DNA of 62,730 nucleotides from a bacterium (GCA_021824045.1 JAKALR010000001.1:1-62730), one strand, 5' to 3'; positions 49,165 through 58,751 are shown, numbered from the stretch's first letter. A program made the numbers and translations. The notes: generated from the sequence alone by a model not told the origin.

Positions 49165-51282
49165 TTATAATTTCCTTCGCCGCAAGAGCATGGCGTTTCC
49201 CGCGACGATGACCGTGCTGAGGGACATGAGGACCGCTCCGAATGCGGGGGAAAGAAGAACTCCTTCCCCTGCCAATACTCCGGCAGCCAAAGGTATTGCG
49301 ATGATATTGTATCCGGCCGCCCACCAGAGGTTCTGTATCATCTTCGCGTAGGTGAGACGCGAAAGCGTGATGATTTTCGGAATGTCCCGCGGATCGTTCT
49401 TCACGAGGATGATGCCGGCGGATTCTATCGCCACGTTGGTCCCCGCGCCGATCGCAATGCCGAGATCCGCCTGCGTCAGGGCAGGCGCGTCGTTCACGCC
49501 GTCGCCAACCATGGCGACGCGCTTGCCTTTTGACTGCAATAGTTTCACCTTTTCTGATTTTTCGCTTGGCATGACTTTCGCGAAGTATTCTTTGATTCCC
49601 AATTCTTCAGCCACCCATTTTGCCACGTCATTCGCGTCGCCGGTCACCATGGCGACCTCCACGTTCATGTCCTTGAGCGTTTTGATCGCCTCGCGCGATT
49701 CTTCGCGGATGACATCGGCGAGCGTGATGGCGCCGACGATCGATTCGCCGTTCGCCACGTAAATCACGGTTTCGTTTCCTTTGCCGGTCACCTGGAGGGT
49801 ATTCCCGGGAAAATCAGCGAGCATATTTTCACCTCCAATGAAAATTCTTTTTGCGGCCTCATTTGAATTTTTTGCACTTGCGCCCTTGCCCGGCGAGCGC
49901 CGGAAATCATCGACGGTCTCCAGTCGCAATCCCCTTTTCTTTGCTTCAGCGACGATCGCTTTCGCGATGGGATGTTCCGAATTGGCATCCACCGAGGCCG
50001 CCAGTTTCAGTATCTCGTCTTTTGAAATTGGTTCGCCGACCGACGGATGGTCATGTGAAATTATTTCGGTGACTCCGTATTCTCCCTTGGTGAGCGTCCC
50101 GGTTTTGTCGAAAAGGACGATGTCGATATTCCGGGCCGCCTCGAGCGCGATTCGTTGTTTTACAATGAAACCGTTCTTTGCCGCCTTGGTTGTCGAGATC
50201 GATGCGACGAGAGGCACCGCGAGTCCCAACGCATGAGGGCAGGCGATCACGAGAACCGCGACGAGCCGCTCGATGGCGAACGCCGTGCCCGCGCCGGAGG
50301 CGATCCAAAGAACGACGGTTACGGCGCCCGCGCCGACGGCGACAAACGTGAGGTAGAACGCGGCGCGATCGGAAAGGATCTGGAGATGCGATTTCGACGC
50401 CTGAGCTTCCTTTACGAGACGTGCGACGCCGGCGAGGAACGTATGCTCGCCGATTTCCGTCACCTTGATTTTCAATACTCCGTCGCCATTCACGGTGCCG
50501 GCAATAACGCCGTCCCCCTTACCTTTTGAAACCGGTTTCGATTCGCCTGTTGCAATCGATTCATCGACGGATGACTCCCCTTCAATGACCTCGCCGTCGG
50601 CCGCGACCTTGCCGCCCGGCTTCACGAGGATGACATCCCCCTCTTTCAATTCCGCCAAAGGAATTGTTTTTGTTACCTGTTGCTGATTACTTGTTACTAC
50701 TATTTCCGCCGTATCCGGCAAAAGCTTTGACAGTTCCCCTAAAGCGCCTTGGGCATTCTTCACGGCTCGCATTTCGAGCCAGTGCCCGAGAAGCATGATG
50801 GTGATGAGGGTCGAAAGTTCCCAAAAGAGCATGTCATTCCTACCCGTAACGACCCCGTAGGCGCTCCAAGCGTATGCCGTCGTGATCGCGATCGAAATCA
50901 AGGTCATCATGCCCGGCAATTTTCCCCTTATCTCGCGCCAAGCGCTTGCGAGGAAAACCCAGCCGCCGTAGAAGAAAACGACGGAAGCGAGAACAAATTC
51001 CAAAAGGACGAGATCCGGAAAAACCGGCGGATTCCAATGAAAAAACGCCGTCACCGCGTCTGAATACAAAATAAGGGGGATGCTCAAAACCAAGCTCACC
51101 CAAAATTTCGTTCGGAAAATGTTTTCATGATGCCCCCTATGCCTATCCCTATTTATCCGTTCTTTATCCGCATCTATTCGCACTTCAACCAGACTCATCC
51201 CGCACTCGGGACACATGCCCGGAGCGTCCTTCCGGACGTCCGGGTGCATCGGACAGGTATAGATTATTTTGTTATTTTCCAT
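49165..51282 (-). CDS. copper-translocating P1B-type ATPase (CPH motif, CopB-like)
   Basis: N-terminal TCPMHPDV..CPECGM metal finger, ACPHALGLAVP, DKTGTLT, GDGVNDAPAL. Start trimmed to MENNKIIY. Confidence 0.9.
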   Translation of the reverse strand: MENNKIIYTCPMHPDVRKDAPGMCPECGMSLVEVRIDADKERINRDRHRGHHENIFRTKFWVSLVLSIPLILYSDAVTAFFHWNPPVFPDLVLLEFVLASVVFFYGGWVFLASAWREIRGKLPGMMTLISIAITTAYAWSAYGVVTGRNDMLFWELSTLITIMLLGHWLEMRAVKNAQGALGELSKLLPDTAEIVVTSNQQQVTKTIPLAELKEGDVILVKPGGKVAADGEVIEGESSVDESIATGESKPVSKGKGDGVIAGTVNGDGVLKIKVTEIGEHTFLAGVARLVKEAQASKSHLQILSDRAAFYLTFVAVGAGAVTVVLWIASGAGTAFAIERLVAVLVIACPHALGLAVPLVASISTTKAAKNGFIVKQRIALEAARNIDIVLFDKTGTLTKGEYGVTEIISHDHPSVGEPISKDEILKLAASVDANSEHPIAKAIVAEAKKRGLRLETVDDFRRSPGKGASAKNSNEAAKRIFIGGENMLADFPGNTLQVTGKGNETVIYVANGESIVGAITLADVIREESREAIKTLKDMNVEVAMVTGDANDVAKWVAEELGIKEYFAKVMPSEKSEKVKLLQSKGKRVAMVGDGVNDAPALTQADLGIAIGAGTNVAIESAGIILVKNDPRDIPKIITLSRLTYAKMIQNLWWAAGYNIIAIPLAAGVLAGEGVLLSPAFGAVLMSLSTVIVAGNAMLLRRRKL

Positions 51283-51311
51283 TAATTTGAATGTCTCATT
51301 AAACTTAACCT

Positions 51312-52190
51312 TTAAGAACCGACACTGCAACTTCCGCTTGTGGGATTGTTCGTCGGCTTGATTTGGGACAGGACGAAATTATACCCGGAAACGCTGGAAT
51401 ATGTCTTACCCAGGATCACTTTTGGATCGATATCGGCGTAACGCTCTCCTATTCCCTGAAAGTACTTCGCTATGTTCGCAGAGGTATCGGGAAACCAGTA
51501 TTGATTCAAAGTGAGTGCCGCTTTGTACATCTCTGTTTCGCTCGCTCCCTGTGAGGCCATGAGTTCAAGAAATCCAAGCATCGCCATTCCGTGATTGCAA
51601 TCCGGAAAATACGTCGAGTTATCGCAACAGGGCCGGTAGATGTTCCGGGCGACTTTTTCCACAAGAGCTTCTTCGTTCGGGGTTAACTCGACGAACTCGT
51701 GGGTGCTGAAATGATCCATCGCGTTCCCGACGGCGATTGTCCAACCGCCCGTCGAGGCGAAATTGCCGGCGCCGCCGTATCGTGGATCGGATATCGGTCC
51801 CGTTTCCAATATCGGACTTTTATTGCTCAGACCGAAAGCCCACAGTAAATTCAGAATAACTCCGGCATTTTTTTCGTTCACGACCAGATTTCCGTTCCCC
51901 TCGCCGTAAAGCAGATTGTGCTCGTATGCACTTAACCCCCCGTTTTCCGTGTATATCGCTTCAAACTTTTTCGGATCAATGACTCCGCTTGTCACCATCT
52001 GAGCGCCCAAACTCCCCCACTCCACGGGCAGAGCCGTTCCATCGGTATCCGTGGCTTCTGTCGGTTGCCGAAGCGCTGTTTGCGGCGTGCTGTTTTCCCC
52101 GGCACGATATATCCAGGCGACAAGGACGACCATGATGGCAATTATGATTGAGGCTCTGAATATCCAATCTTTTTGTTTTTTGTTTCCCAT
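51312..52190 (-). CDS. hypothetical membrane-anchored Cys/His-rich protein
   Basis: N-terminal TM and RPCCDNSTYFPDCNHGMAMLG. Located between the copper ATPase and a CcdA-like gene. Confidence 0.65.
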   Translation of the reverse strand: MGNKKQKDWIFRASIIIAIMVVLVAWIYRAGENSTPQTALRQPTEATDTDGTALPVEWGSLGAQMVTSGVIDPKKFEAIYTENGGLSAYEHNLLYGEGNGNLVVNEKNAGVILNLLWAFGLSNKSPILETGPISDPRYGGAGNFASTGGWTIAVGNAMDHFSTHEFVELTPNEEALVEKVARNIYRPCCDNSTYFPDCNHGMAMLGFLELMASQGASETEMYKAALTLNQYWFPDTSANIAKYFQGIGERYADIDPKVILGKTYSSVSGYNFVLSQIKPTNNPTSGSCSVGS

Positions 52191-52194
52191 GGTT

Positions 52195-52959
52195 TTAGCG
52201 TACGAGATGCAAGACCTTATCCATGAGGAGGTTCACGTCTGTCTGATATGTACCGCCCCCCATTGCGAGTTGATGGGTAGCCGTGAGATACAATATCACG
52301 ATGCCCATTGTGAGATATGCTGCGCTGGCGATAAGATCGGCCACGGCGATGCTTATTTCATGCCCGGCCAGGCGGTATGTCATTCTCTTCTGGAAGAACC
52401 CCAGTTTTTCGGTTACGCCGGATTTGTCCGTGATGTAAGCCAGGGCGAAGAGCGGTACGACCATCCCGAGGACGTAGAAGACGGCGTACGCCGTTCCCCA
52501 GAAAAGCGATCCGGGAAGTACCGAGAGCGCGAGGACGCCGGCTAAGACGGGCGCGCAGCACAGAGTCGCGAATCCGGAGAAGATTCCGAGAATGAATACA
52601 GAACCGGCACCGGTCACTTTCCCGCCGCCCCTCTGCTTGATGTGGAAGGGTAAAGAGAAATGTTTCCCGAGGAGAAGTGAAATGCCCAAGAGCACGAGAA
52701 AGAGAGAGCCGGCGTAGTACAGCGGATCGTGGATGCCGCTCACGAAAGTTCCGAACGCGGCGATCCCGAGGCCCAAGGGCAGGAAAACAACGAGGAGTCC
52801 GAGAAAAAACACCGCCGTCATGGCAATGACTGTTTTCCGCTGTCTGAAGATGGATGCGAGATAAGTCGGAAGGAGCACCGTGATGCAGCACGGTGCAAAA
52901 AGCGCGGCGATGCCGGCGACGAACGCGGCGATGAGTGAGGTAATGATGAGTGTAACCAT
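52195..52959 (-). CDS. cytochrome c biogenesis CcdA/DsbD-like thiol-disulfide transporter
   Basis: Multi-TM protein with APCC in the first helix and ATLCCAP in a later helix. Confidence 0.8.
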   Translation of the reverse strand: MVTLIITSLIAAFVAGIAALFAPCCITVLLPTYLASIFRQRKTVIAMTAVFFLGLLVVFLPLGLGIAAFGTFVSGIHDPLYYAGSLFLVLLGISLLLGKHFSLPFHIKQRGGGKVTGAGSVFILGIFSGFATLCCAPVLAGVLALSVLPGSLFWGTAYAVFYVLGMVVPLFALAYITDKSGVTEKLGFFQKRMTYRLAGHEISIAVADLIASAAYLTMGIVILYLTATHQLAMGGGTYQTDVNLLMDKVLHLVR

Positions 52960-52960
52960 G

Positions 52961-53566
52961 TCAGTTAATGTTTTGCATTGCGTTCCAGATCGCGTTATTC
53001 CTGATGCCCATCATCGGATCGTCCAGGGCGTACCGTATGACGCCTGTTTTATCAACGACGAAGTACGTATGGCCGGGGAAGGAGCCGGGATGCATGGACG
53101 AAGGCAAGTTCAGAACGCCGTATTTTTGGGAAACGGCGCGCGACGTGTCAAAGAGAATGTCCGCCCCTTTCATATTTGATGTCTGATTGATTATTTGTTG
53201 CCACTCCTCTCGCGTATCGACGACGATGGAGATTGCTTGCGTGGTTGATGAGTTAAAACGGCTGTCGCTTGCAAAAGCAGCCATTTGGTTCCAGCAGGCC
53301 GGATAGCACATCGCCCCTTCGGTGAAGAAAAGGACGACATCCTTCTTCCCCAGGTAGTCATTCAAGTTGACGGTATTGCCGTCCAGGTCTTTAAGGGTGA
53401 AGTCCGGAGCTTGTTTGCCGATATAGCCGTTCAATGACTGACTCCCCGATGCCGTGCTGTTTTGAACTTGGCTGGTATTCGTCGATGGTTTGGAGAGGGC
53501 GAACGTCAGGAGAATTCCCGCGACCGCCACTAGTGTTACTAAGAGATAACTGTTTTTCTTTTTCAT
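52961..53566 (-). CDS. redoxin / AhpC-TSA family thiol-disulfide oxidoreductase
   Basis: GKQAPDFTLKDLDGNTV..VLFFTEGAMCYPAC. N-terminal signal/anchor. Confidence 0.8.
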   Translation of the reverse strand: MKKKNSYLLVTLVAVAGILLTFALSKPSTNTSQVQNSTASGSQSLNGYIGKQAPDFTLKDLDGNTVNLNDYLGKKDVVLFFTEGAMCYPACWNQMAAFASDSRFNSSTTQAISIVVDTREEWQQIINQTSNMKGADILFDTSRAVSQKYGVLNLPSSMHPGSFPGHTYFVVDKTGVIRYALDDPMMGIRNNAIWNAMQNIN

Positions 53567-53575
53567 GTTTAACTA

Positions 53576-53603
53576 AAATAAAAGGAACCTCTTGTGAGGT
53601 TTT
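53576..53603 (-). terminator. intrinsic terminator
   Basis: Minus-sense AACCTC-ACAA-GAGGTT followed by CCTTTTATTTT. Confidence 0.55.
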
Positions 53604-53652
53604 AATAGACTCCAACGCGCGAGTTTTCGACAAAAACTCTTACGTCGGAGTT

Positions 53653-54048
53653 TTAAGCGAAAGACGGGCTGTTTTCGTGAAAGGCAAGATAGGCCAGTAG
53701 ATTTAATTGAGCCGAATTTGACGATATTTCTTCTTCGCGTCCAGGTTTGATGAATCCTCTCTTCCTGTTGTTCCACTGGGAAGATCCAAGGAATGACCCG
53801 ATAGCCGCGAAAAGAAGCAGGAAAAACGAAATAACCGAAATACCGATCACGAATCCGGGCATAATATTACTTTGAATACACGAGCCGCTGCCGGTCACGT
53901 CAGCCGTAAGACATGCGGAATGACCTCCGGTCATCGCATGATTCATCAGAAACGAGCCGAAGATAATGGCTGCGAATATCATTAAAGCCAACGCTATTCC
54001 CAAGGTGAATTTCATGAGTATGAAAAATGATATCACAAAAAAGCCCAT
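53653..54048 (-). CDS. hypothetical membrane protein
   Basis: Four hydrophobic segments with conserved-looking Cys (HSACL, GSCIQ). Confidence 0.5.
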   Translation of the reverse strand: MGFFVISFFILMKFTLGIALALMIFAAIIFGSFLMNHAMTGGHSACLTADVTGSGSCIQSNIMPGFVIGISVISFFLLLFAAIGSFLGSSQWNNRKRGFIKPGREEEISSNSAQLNLLAYLAFHENSPSFA

Positions 54049-54109
54049 CTGGAAAGACGGGTTTCTCCGAACTTTTCTCCTGGACAGGTCGAGAGAAGAA
54101 GAGAAGGTC

Positions 54110-54298
54110 TTACTCGCCGATTGAGGGTAATTTGTCGTCAGACGCCTTAAGATCGGCGTCGATGTACTCCATCAAATCGGTTTTTAATGCTTCAGTGAAA
54201 CCATCTTCCGCAAGCATGGCGAAAAGGCGTTCTTTTTCCGCGTTCGGAATGTTTAACTTCCCGATCGTGTCATAGCAGGTTTTTATGATGTCGGTCAT
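54110..54298 (-). CDS. small hypothetical protein
   Basis: 62-aa acidic ORF, 4 nt upstream of which the 488-aa ORF ends. AT-rich region. Confidence 0.4.
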   Translation of the reverse strand: MTDIIKTCYDTIGKLNIPNAEKERLFAMLAEDGFTEALKTDLMEYIDADLKASDDKLPSIGE

Positions 54299-54302
54299 AG
54301 AT

Positions 54303-55769
54303 TTATAAACCTAATGTTTTAAGATCGAGTGGCTTGCCAACGATCTCAGCGTATTTATCGGCGACATTCTGTTTAAAAAACTCCTTGATCTCTTCTTCAT
54401 CCTTGAAGTACTTACCGATATTCTGTTTCATGCTGTCCATATAATATTTCCACGCCTCGTTAGGTACTGATTCTAGCATTATTTTGCGATCTTCCGGTGA
54501 GACCATATACAGCTCCTTGTCATAGCCATCGGACAGGACATATTGATCTATGAAATTCGTCACAGCGCTCTTCATCTCGTCGAGGCTGTGCTTGGTATCG
54601 GACGTGTTAATGGTCTCGTTCGTCTCGTTGAAAACGTCAAAAACCTTTTTGAGCATCTCTTGCTTTAATTCTTTCGGCATTTTAGCGGTCTCCTCTTTAT
54701 TTTCGATATTAAAATCTCTCTCAGCTTGCCTGAGTGCGTGAATATACCACTTATCACTCGCGTAGATTTCACTAGATTCCAGTATTTCTGACCAAGATCC
54801 ATTGTGAGCATGAGATGTCATCCCATTTCCCTCGGCGAACTTACTAATATCCTCGTTGATGTTAGAATCGCTGGATCTCGTGCCGCCGCCAGATATCCGG
54901 CTATAGCCCATCTTCTCGGTCGCGATATTGACTAGTTCGCTGTCATTCGTGCTCTGATCCCGTTCTATTAAGACGATTTTATTTTTGTCTATCGTTTCTT
55001 CCGGGATATTTGGTTTATAACCTTTTTCGTATATTATCACTGTTCCCGTAGGTAGGGTCACAGATTTAGCATAAAAAGTATCGACCGCCATGAGATTCTC
55101 TGGCCGACCATTGGTCGCGAACATCCCATTACCCGGCATTATTATCTGATATTCTTTATTATCCCATTGACCACCGCTGTTAGCGGAAACTCTGTGGTTG
55201 AGTGCAAAATGAGTAGTAATCCGTGGCACTTTCCCGTCCGTAGCTTCTCGGTCATTCAGTATCCCTAAAGAGCCGTCGGCCTCCACTTCTGGAGCAAAGC
55301 TGGTGGCATGCACGAACACAAGCTTGTCGGCCGTTATTTCCTGGGTCACTATTCCGCCTCTCTCGTCGACATCTAATTTGGCTCCGATTGTCGACACTAA
55401 ATCAAGTTGTGCACGATAACGTTCTACCAATTGATCATGGCGCTCTTTTATCTTCTCGGGTGACAGGTTGCTCAGGTCTATGTCGCTCGGTGCATGATCG
55501 GGTGTGACCGCCTCTGATTTCGGCGGCTCAGCTTCCATAATCTCCTTCTTAGCAGCTTCTAAAGATTCGATGCGTTCTCCCTCCAAACTGCTTTCTATCA
55601 ACTCCTCGTTTTTCGAAAAGATATCTAGTTTTTCATTCACATTCTCGGTCTGCTCGTGGTCTCGTTGGACAACCTCCGTTTTGGTTTTCTCTATTTCCGC
55701 TACCTCAGCGCCATTTTGTTCGCCAGTTTCTTCGGCTGGCACCCCGGGAAATTGTTCAAAAGGATTCAT
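54303..55769 (-). CDS. hypothetical protein (488 aa, acidic N-terminus)
   Basis: Long clean ORF in a visibly AT-richer block. No family recognised. Confidence 0.65.
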   Translation of the reverse strand: MNPFEQFPGVPAEETGEQNGAEVAEIEKTKTEVVQRDHEQTENVNEKLDIFSKNEELIESSLEGERIESLEAAKKEIMEAEPPKSEAVTPDHAPSDIDLSNLSPEKIKERHDQLVERYRAQLDLVSTIGAKLDVDERGGIVTQEITADKLVFVHATSFAPEVEADGSLGILNDREATDGKVPRITTHFALNHRVSANSGGQWDNKEYQIIMPGNGMFATNGRPENLMAVDTFYAKSVTLPTGTVIIYEKGYKPNIPEETIDKNKIVLIERDQSTNDSELVNIATEKMGYSRISGGGTRSSDSNINEDISKFAEGNGMTSHAHNGSWSEILESSEIYASDKWYIHALRQAERDFNIENKEETAKMPKELKQEMLKKVFDVFNETNETINTSDTKHSLDEMKSAVTNFIDQYVLSDGYDKELYMVSPEDRKIMLESVPNEAWKYYMDSMKQNIGKYFKDEEEIKEFFKQNVADKYAEIVGKPLDLKTLGL

Positions 55770-55990
55770 TGGTTAAACTATGATACTCCCTATATCCTTC
55801 GTCAAGGATGGGTAATTTGTGCCGTTTCCGGCAAGTCGGTGCGCTCCGGTGCAGGACGTCGAACTTTTTTCAGGGACAAGGTGCGGGAGATAGATTAGCT
55901 CAATACCTCTTCTAAAAGTTCAGGAAGTTCATCGGGTCCCATCTCGTTTTGGGTATAATGTCCCCTGCCCTTGAGTTCGACTATTATAGT

Positions 55991-56296
55991 TTACCTGATT
56001 TTTACAATTCTTTTTGTAACGGCATCCACAAATAAACGGAATGCGGTTCGCTTCTCCTTATCGTACATTATCCTTACTCCCAATAGGTGCCCTTTGCGGC
56101 AGATTAAACTTTTTCCATTCATGGGAACAGCTGAATCAAGAATACGATCGATGTACATTCTCCTCAAATTACCCGGACCGTCTTTTTGATAAAAACAAAT
56201 ATGACTTCCGCATTTTTCGCAGGAAATGTTCAATAAGCGAGAGTAGCCCCCTCTTGTTTTCTTATACCTGTCATTTTTAAAAACGAATTTCGCCAT
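55991..56296 (-). CDS. hypothetical zinc-ribbon-like protein
   Basis: SCEKCGSHICF..ICRKGHLLG. Start trimmed to MAKFVFKN. TATACT at 56303-56308 lies 6 nt upstream. Confidence 0.5.
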   Translation of the reverse strand: MAKFVFKNDRYKKTRGGYSRLLNISCEKCGSHICFYQKDGPGNLRRMYIDRILDSAVPMNGKSLICRKGHLLGVRIMYDKEKRTAFRLFVDAVTKRIVKIR

Positions 56297-56403
56297 GCGT
56301 TTAGTATAGCAAGAAGAAAAACCGTCCGGGATTGTCACGGAGTAATCTTATGAAAAAGATTTGTGCAACGTAAGGCGGGAGAAAATGACGGAAGAGAAAG
56401 ATT

Positions 56404-56931
56404 TTATCCTCGACCGTTGATATAGGTCTCTTTATCTACCAAGGATTTAGTGGAGACCTGATCGATAAAGACGATGCCGTTTAAATGATCCATCTCATGC
56501 TGAATAGCTCTGGCGAGGAGGCCGGTGGCCCTGACGGTGAACGGTTCCCCGTTCTTATCCAAAGCTCTACAGATCACACTTGCTGGCCGTTTTACCAACC
56601 CAAATAACGCAGATGAGGCGACGCTGCCGCAGCCCTCATATCCTATTGCTTTCCGTTTGGAGCGCCAGACAATTCTGGGGTTTATGAAAACTCTTAATGG
56701 GTCTGGTTTAGAAATATTCTTTCTGTAGGTCGTCTGGCGGATTTCGGTTACGAATATTCTTAGACCCCTGCCTATTTGCGGTGCTGCCATGCCTACAAGG
56801 TTATCGTGGCGCATAGAATCTACGAGGTCCTTTATGATCTGTTGCGCCTTCTTATCCAATGCGTTTTTAACCAACGCCGCCTTTTGCCGGATAACGCCCT
56901 CCCCAATTTGAGTGGCTCTTTTAATGCTCAT
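56404..56931 (-). CDS. def: peptide deformylase
   Basis: GMAAPQIG, EGCGS, HEMDHL. ATGA overlap with the upstream ORF stop supports the start at 56931. Confidence 0.85.
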   Translation of the reverse strand: MSIKRATQIGEGVIRQKAALVKNALDKKAQQIIKDLVDSMRHDNLVGMAAPQIGRGLRIFVTEIRQTTYRKNISKPDPLRVFINPRIVWRSKRKAIGYEGCGSVASSALFGLVKRPASVICRALDKNGEPFTVRATGLLARAIQHEMDHLNGIVFIDQVSTKSLVDKETYINGRG

Positions 56932-57383
56932 GATAGAGATTCGAGTTTGACATCCCATTTTCCCATTAGGTCCAATAGATGGTTATAGGTCGTTGGCTCA
57001 GCATTTCTCTTATTTTGAATAAAATCCCTAAAACCACTGAATTCTCCGATTAAATAATCTTTCATCAGTTCGTCTACAAGACTGCAATTAATTTCTTTCC
57101 TCAAATACAACGTAGCTATAACTTCGTAGTGATTAATAAGTTGTTCCCTAGCACTCACGTTAAGAGGGCTTAGTGCATATGCTTTTTGTAATCCAATAAG
57201 ATTGTTGTAAAGAGCGAGGAAATTATCAGTTATTCTTGCCTGAGCCCCTTCGCTTATCGTTTTATATGCGAAAACCGCGGCTGCCGCAGCCGCCATTGCA
57301 GCTACCGCAGTGGCTACGGCAGAAACAATGACCCAAATATCAGGTCTGCTTGATAGATAGACTATCGTTGAGGTTGGTGTCAC
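56928..57383 (-). CDS. hypothetical membrane protein
   Basis: GTG start, Ala-rich TM helix. No family recognised. Confidence 0.45.
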   Translation of the reverse strand: MTPTSTIVYLSSRPDIWVIVSAVATAVAAMAAAAAAVFAYKTISEGAQARITDNFLALYNNLIGLQKAYALSPLNVSAREQLINHYEVIATLYLRKEINCSLVDELMKDYLIGEFSGFRDFIQNKRNAEPTTYNHLLDLMGKWDVKLESLS

Positions 57384-57532
57384 CTTTGTGGATTAGGATC
57401 TTCCTTTGGCGGCGATATCCTTTGTGGTTCTTTTGGAGGTTCTGGCGGTTGCTTGGGATCCTTATCTGGTGTTATACGTCCTATTCCTTTACGGAACTCC
57501 TCGGTGTTGTTGTGCGTGAAACTCGCCTTCAT
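57380..57532 (-). CDS. possible small Pro/Lys/Glu-rich protein (50 aa)
   Basis: Below the track cutoff. Encodes MKASFTHNNTEEFRKGIGRITPDKDPKQPPEPPKEPQRISPPKEDPNPQR. Its TGA overlaps the GTG of the next ORF, and a TATAGT lies upstream. Confidence 0.25.
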   Translation of the reverse strand: MKASFTHNNTEEFRKGIGRITPDKDPKQPPEPPKEPQRISPPKEDPNPQR

Positions 57533-57553
57533 GGTTATGATAACTATACCACG

Positions 57554-57583
57554 AAAAAGCCCACCTCGTAAGGTGGGCTTTTT
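57554..57583. terminator. bidirectional intrinsic terminator after tRNA-Leu
   Basis: AAAAAGCCCACC-TCGTAA-GGTGGGCTTTTT. Confidence 0.8.
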
Positions 57584-57605
57584 CTACCATCCCGGCAATT
57601 TAGGG

Positions 57606-57689
57606 TGCCCAGGAGAGGATTCGAACCTCCACGTCCTTAACGGACAGCAGCACCTCAAGCTGTAGCGTCTGCCATTTCGCCACCTGGGC
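57606..57689 (-). tRNA. tRNA-Leu(GAG), class II
   Basis: GCCCAGG/CCTGGGC acceptor, anticodon loop TTGAGGT, long variable arm GTCC-GTTA-GGAC, T-arm GGAGG-TTCGAAT-CCTCT. Confidence 0.9.
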
Positions 57690-57691
57690 AT

Positions 57692-58399
57692 TTATAGTTC
57701 CCTTCCGATAATCCTGAGGGCTTTTCCTATCTTTTCCCTCTTTCTTGAAAGACAAACTACGCCTTTATTGTAATATAATTTTGATAATAACTTCAAGGAA
57801 TCGGTCTTGGCGTATTTTAGCTGGTACACTGAATCATTGATGCTCTTGGTGATGTGGCCACGTGCGCCGAACAACTCTTCTATCTTGACTCGTAGCCACT
57901 CAATGTGTACTTTACTAGCCGAAACAAAAGCTGTGTAAAACATAAAACTGGAACGCCATCTCGGATCCCAATAAGAATAAAATGTCCCATCACCGTCGAG
58001 ATGACCTCGGATAAAGTCAGAAAAATATTTTTTGGGGATTTTAATTGCTCCGATTGTCTTTGATTTCGCCGGCGTAAGGCCAATTGTTATAAGAAATTTA
58101 TAAAAATTAACGTCGCCAAATTGGACGTGTGGCGACTGTTTATGAGTAAAGCCGGATGTTTTATAACTGATTTTCACTTGAATGCCAAGGCATTTCATAA
58201 AGTTATCAAGTTGTTCCATATCATTGGATGTGAAATCGATGTGCCGACCATCCGGAGACAAATTTCCATCGGTTGCAAGAAGTCCCATGGCGTAAGCAAA
58301 ATGAGGTGACCACCGAATGGCCACTTTCCCCTGCGGTTTCGTTCCCCTCTTCCCCATCTCACTTTCATTATACCTCAAATAAAAACCCCGCTCGTCCAT
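57692..58399 (-). CDS. LAGLIDADG-family homing endonuclease-like protein, free-standing
   Basis: Two LAGLIDADG motifs (GLLATDGNLS, GHLDGDGTF). The stop codon ends 2 nt before the tRNA-Leu 5' end. Alternative start at 58357. Confidence 0.8.
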   Translation of the reverse strand: MDERGFYLRYNESEMGKRGTKPQGKVAIRWSPHFAYAMGLLATDGNLSPDGRHIDFTSNDMEQLDNFMKCLGIQVKISYKTSGFTHKQSPHVQFGDVNFYKFLITIGLTPAKSKTIGAIKIPKKYFSDFIRGHLDGDGTFYSYWDPRWRSSFMFYTAFVSASKVHIEWLRVKIEELFGARGHITKSINDSVYQLKYAKTDSLKLLSKLYYNKGVVCLSRKREKIGKALRIIGREL

Positions 58400-58430
58400 C
58401 GCGGGCGGGCGGGATTCCCGATACTTTCCC

Positions 58431-58751
58431 CTATGCCTTGAGTCTTTCCTTCATCTGCTTGCTGGAAAGTTCGCGAACGTAGTAAAGCTTCGAGCGATGG
58501 ACTTTCTTGGGCGAAGACAGGATTTCTATTTTCGATATGACCGGCGAATTGATCGGATAAATTTTTTCGACGGAAACCTCGTGGAGAGTCGTCCGAACCG
58601 TGAAGGTGCTGCCGGCTTCCTTGCCGTGTTTCCGCGCGATGACGAGCCCCTCGAAGGAGGATTGGCGCTCTTTGTCGCCTTCCTTGATCCGCTCCCAAAC
58701 CTTTACCCGGGCGCCGGATTTGATTTTCTTTAAAACCTCCTCGTTAATCAT
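58431..58751 (-). CDS. rplS: 50S ribosomal protein L19
   Basis: Full-length L19-like sequence. Promoter-like TTGACT-17-TACTAT at 58760-58788 ends 8 nt from the ATG. Confidence 0.95.
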   Translation of the reverse strand: MINEEVLKKIKSGARVKVWERIKEGDKERQSSFEGLVIARKHGKEAGSTFTVRTTLHEVSVEKIYPINSPVISKIEILSSPKKVHRSKLYYVRELSSKQMKERLKA

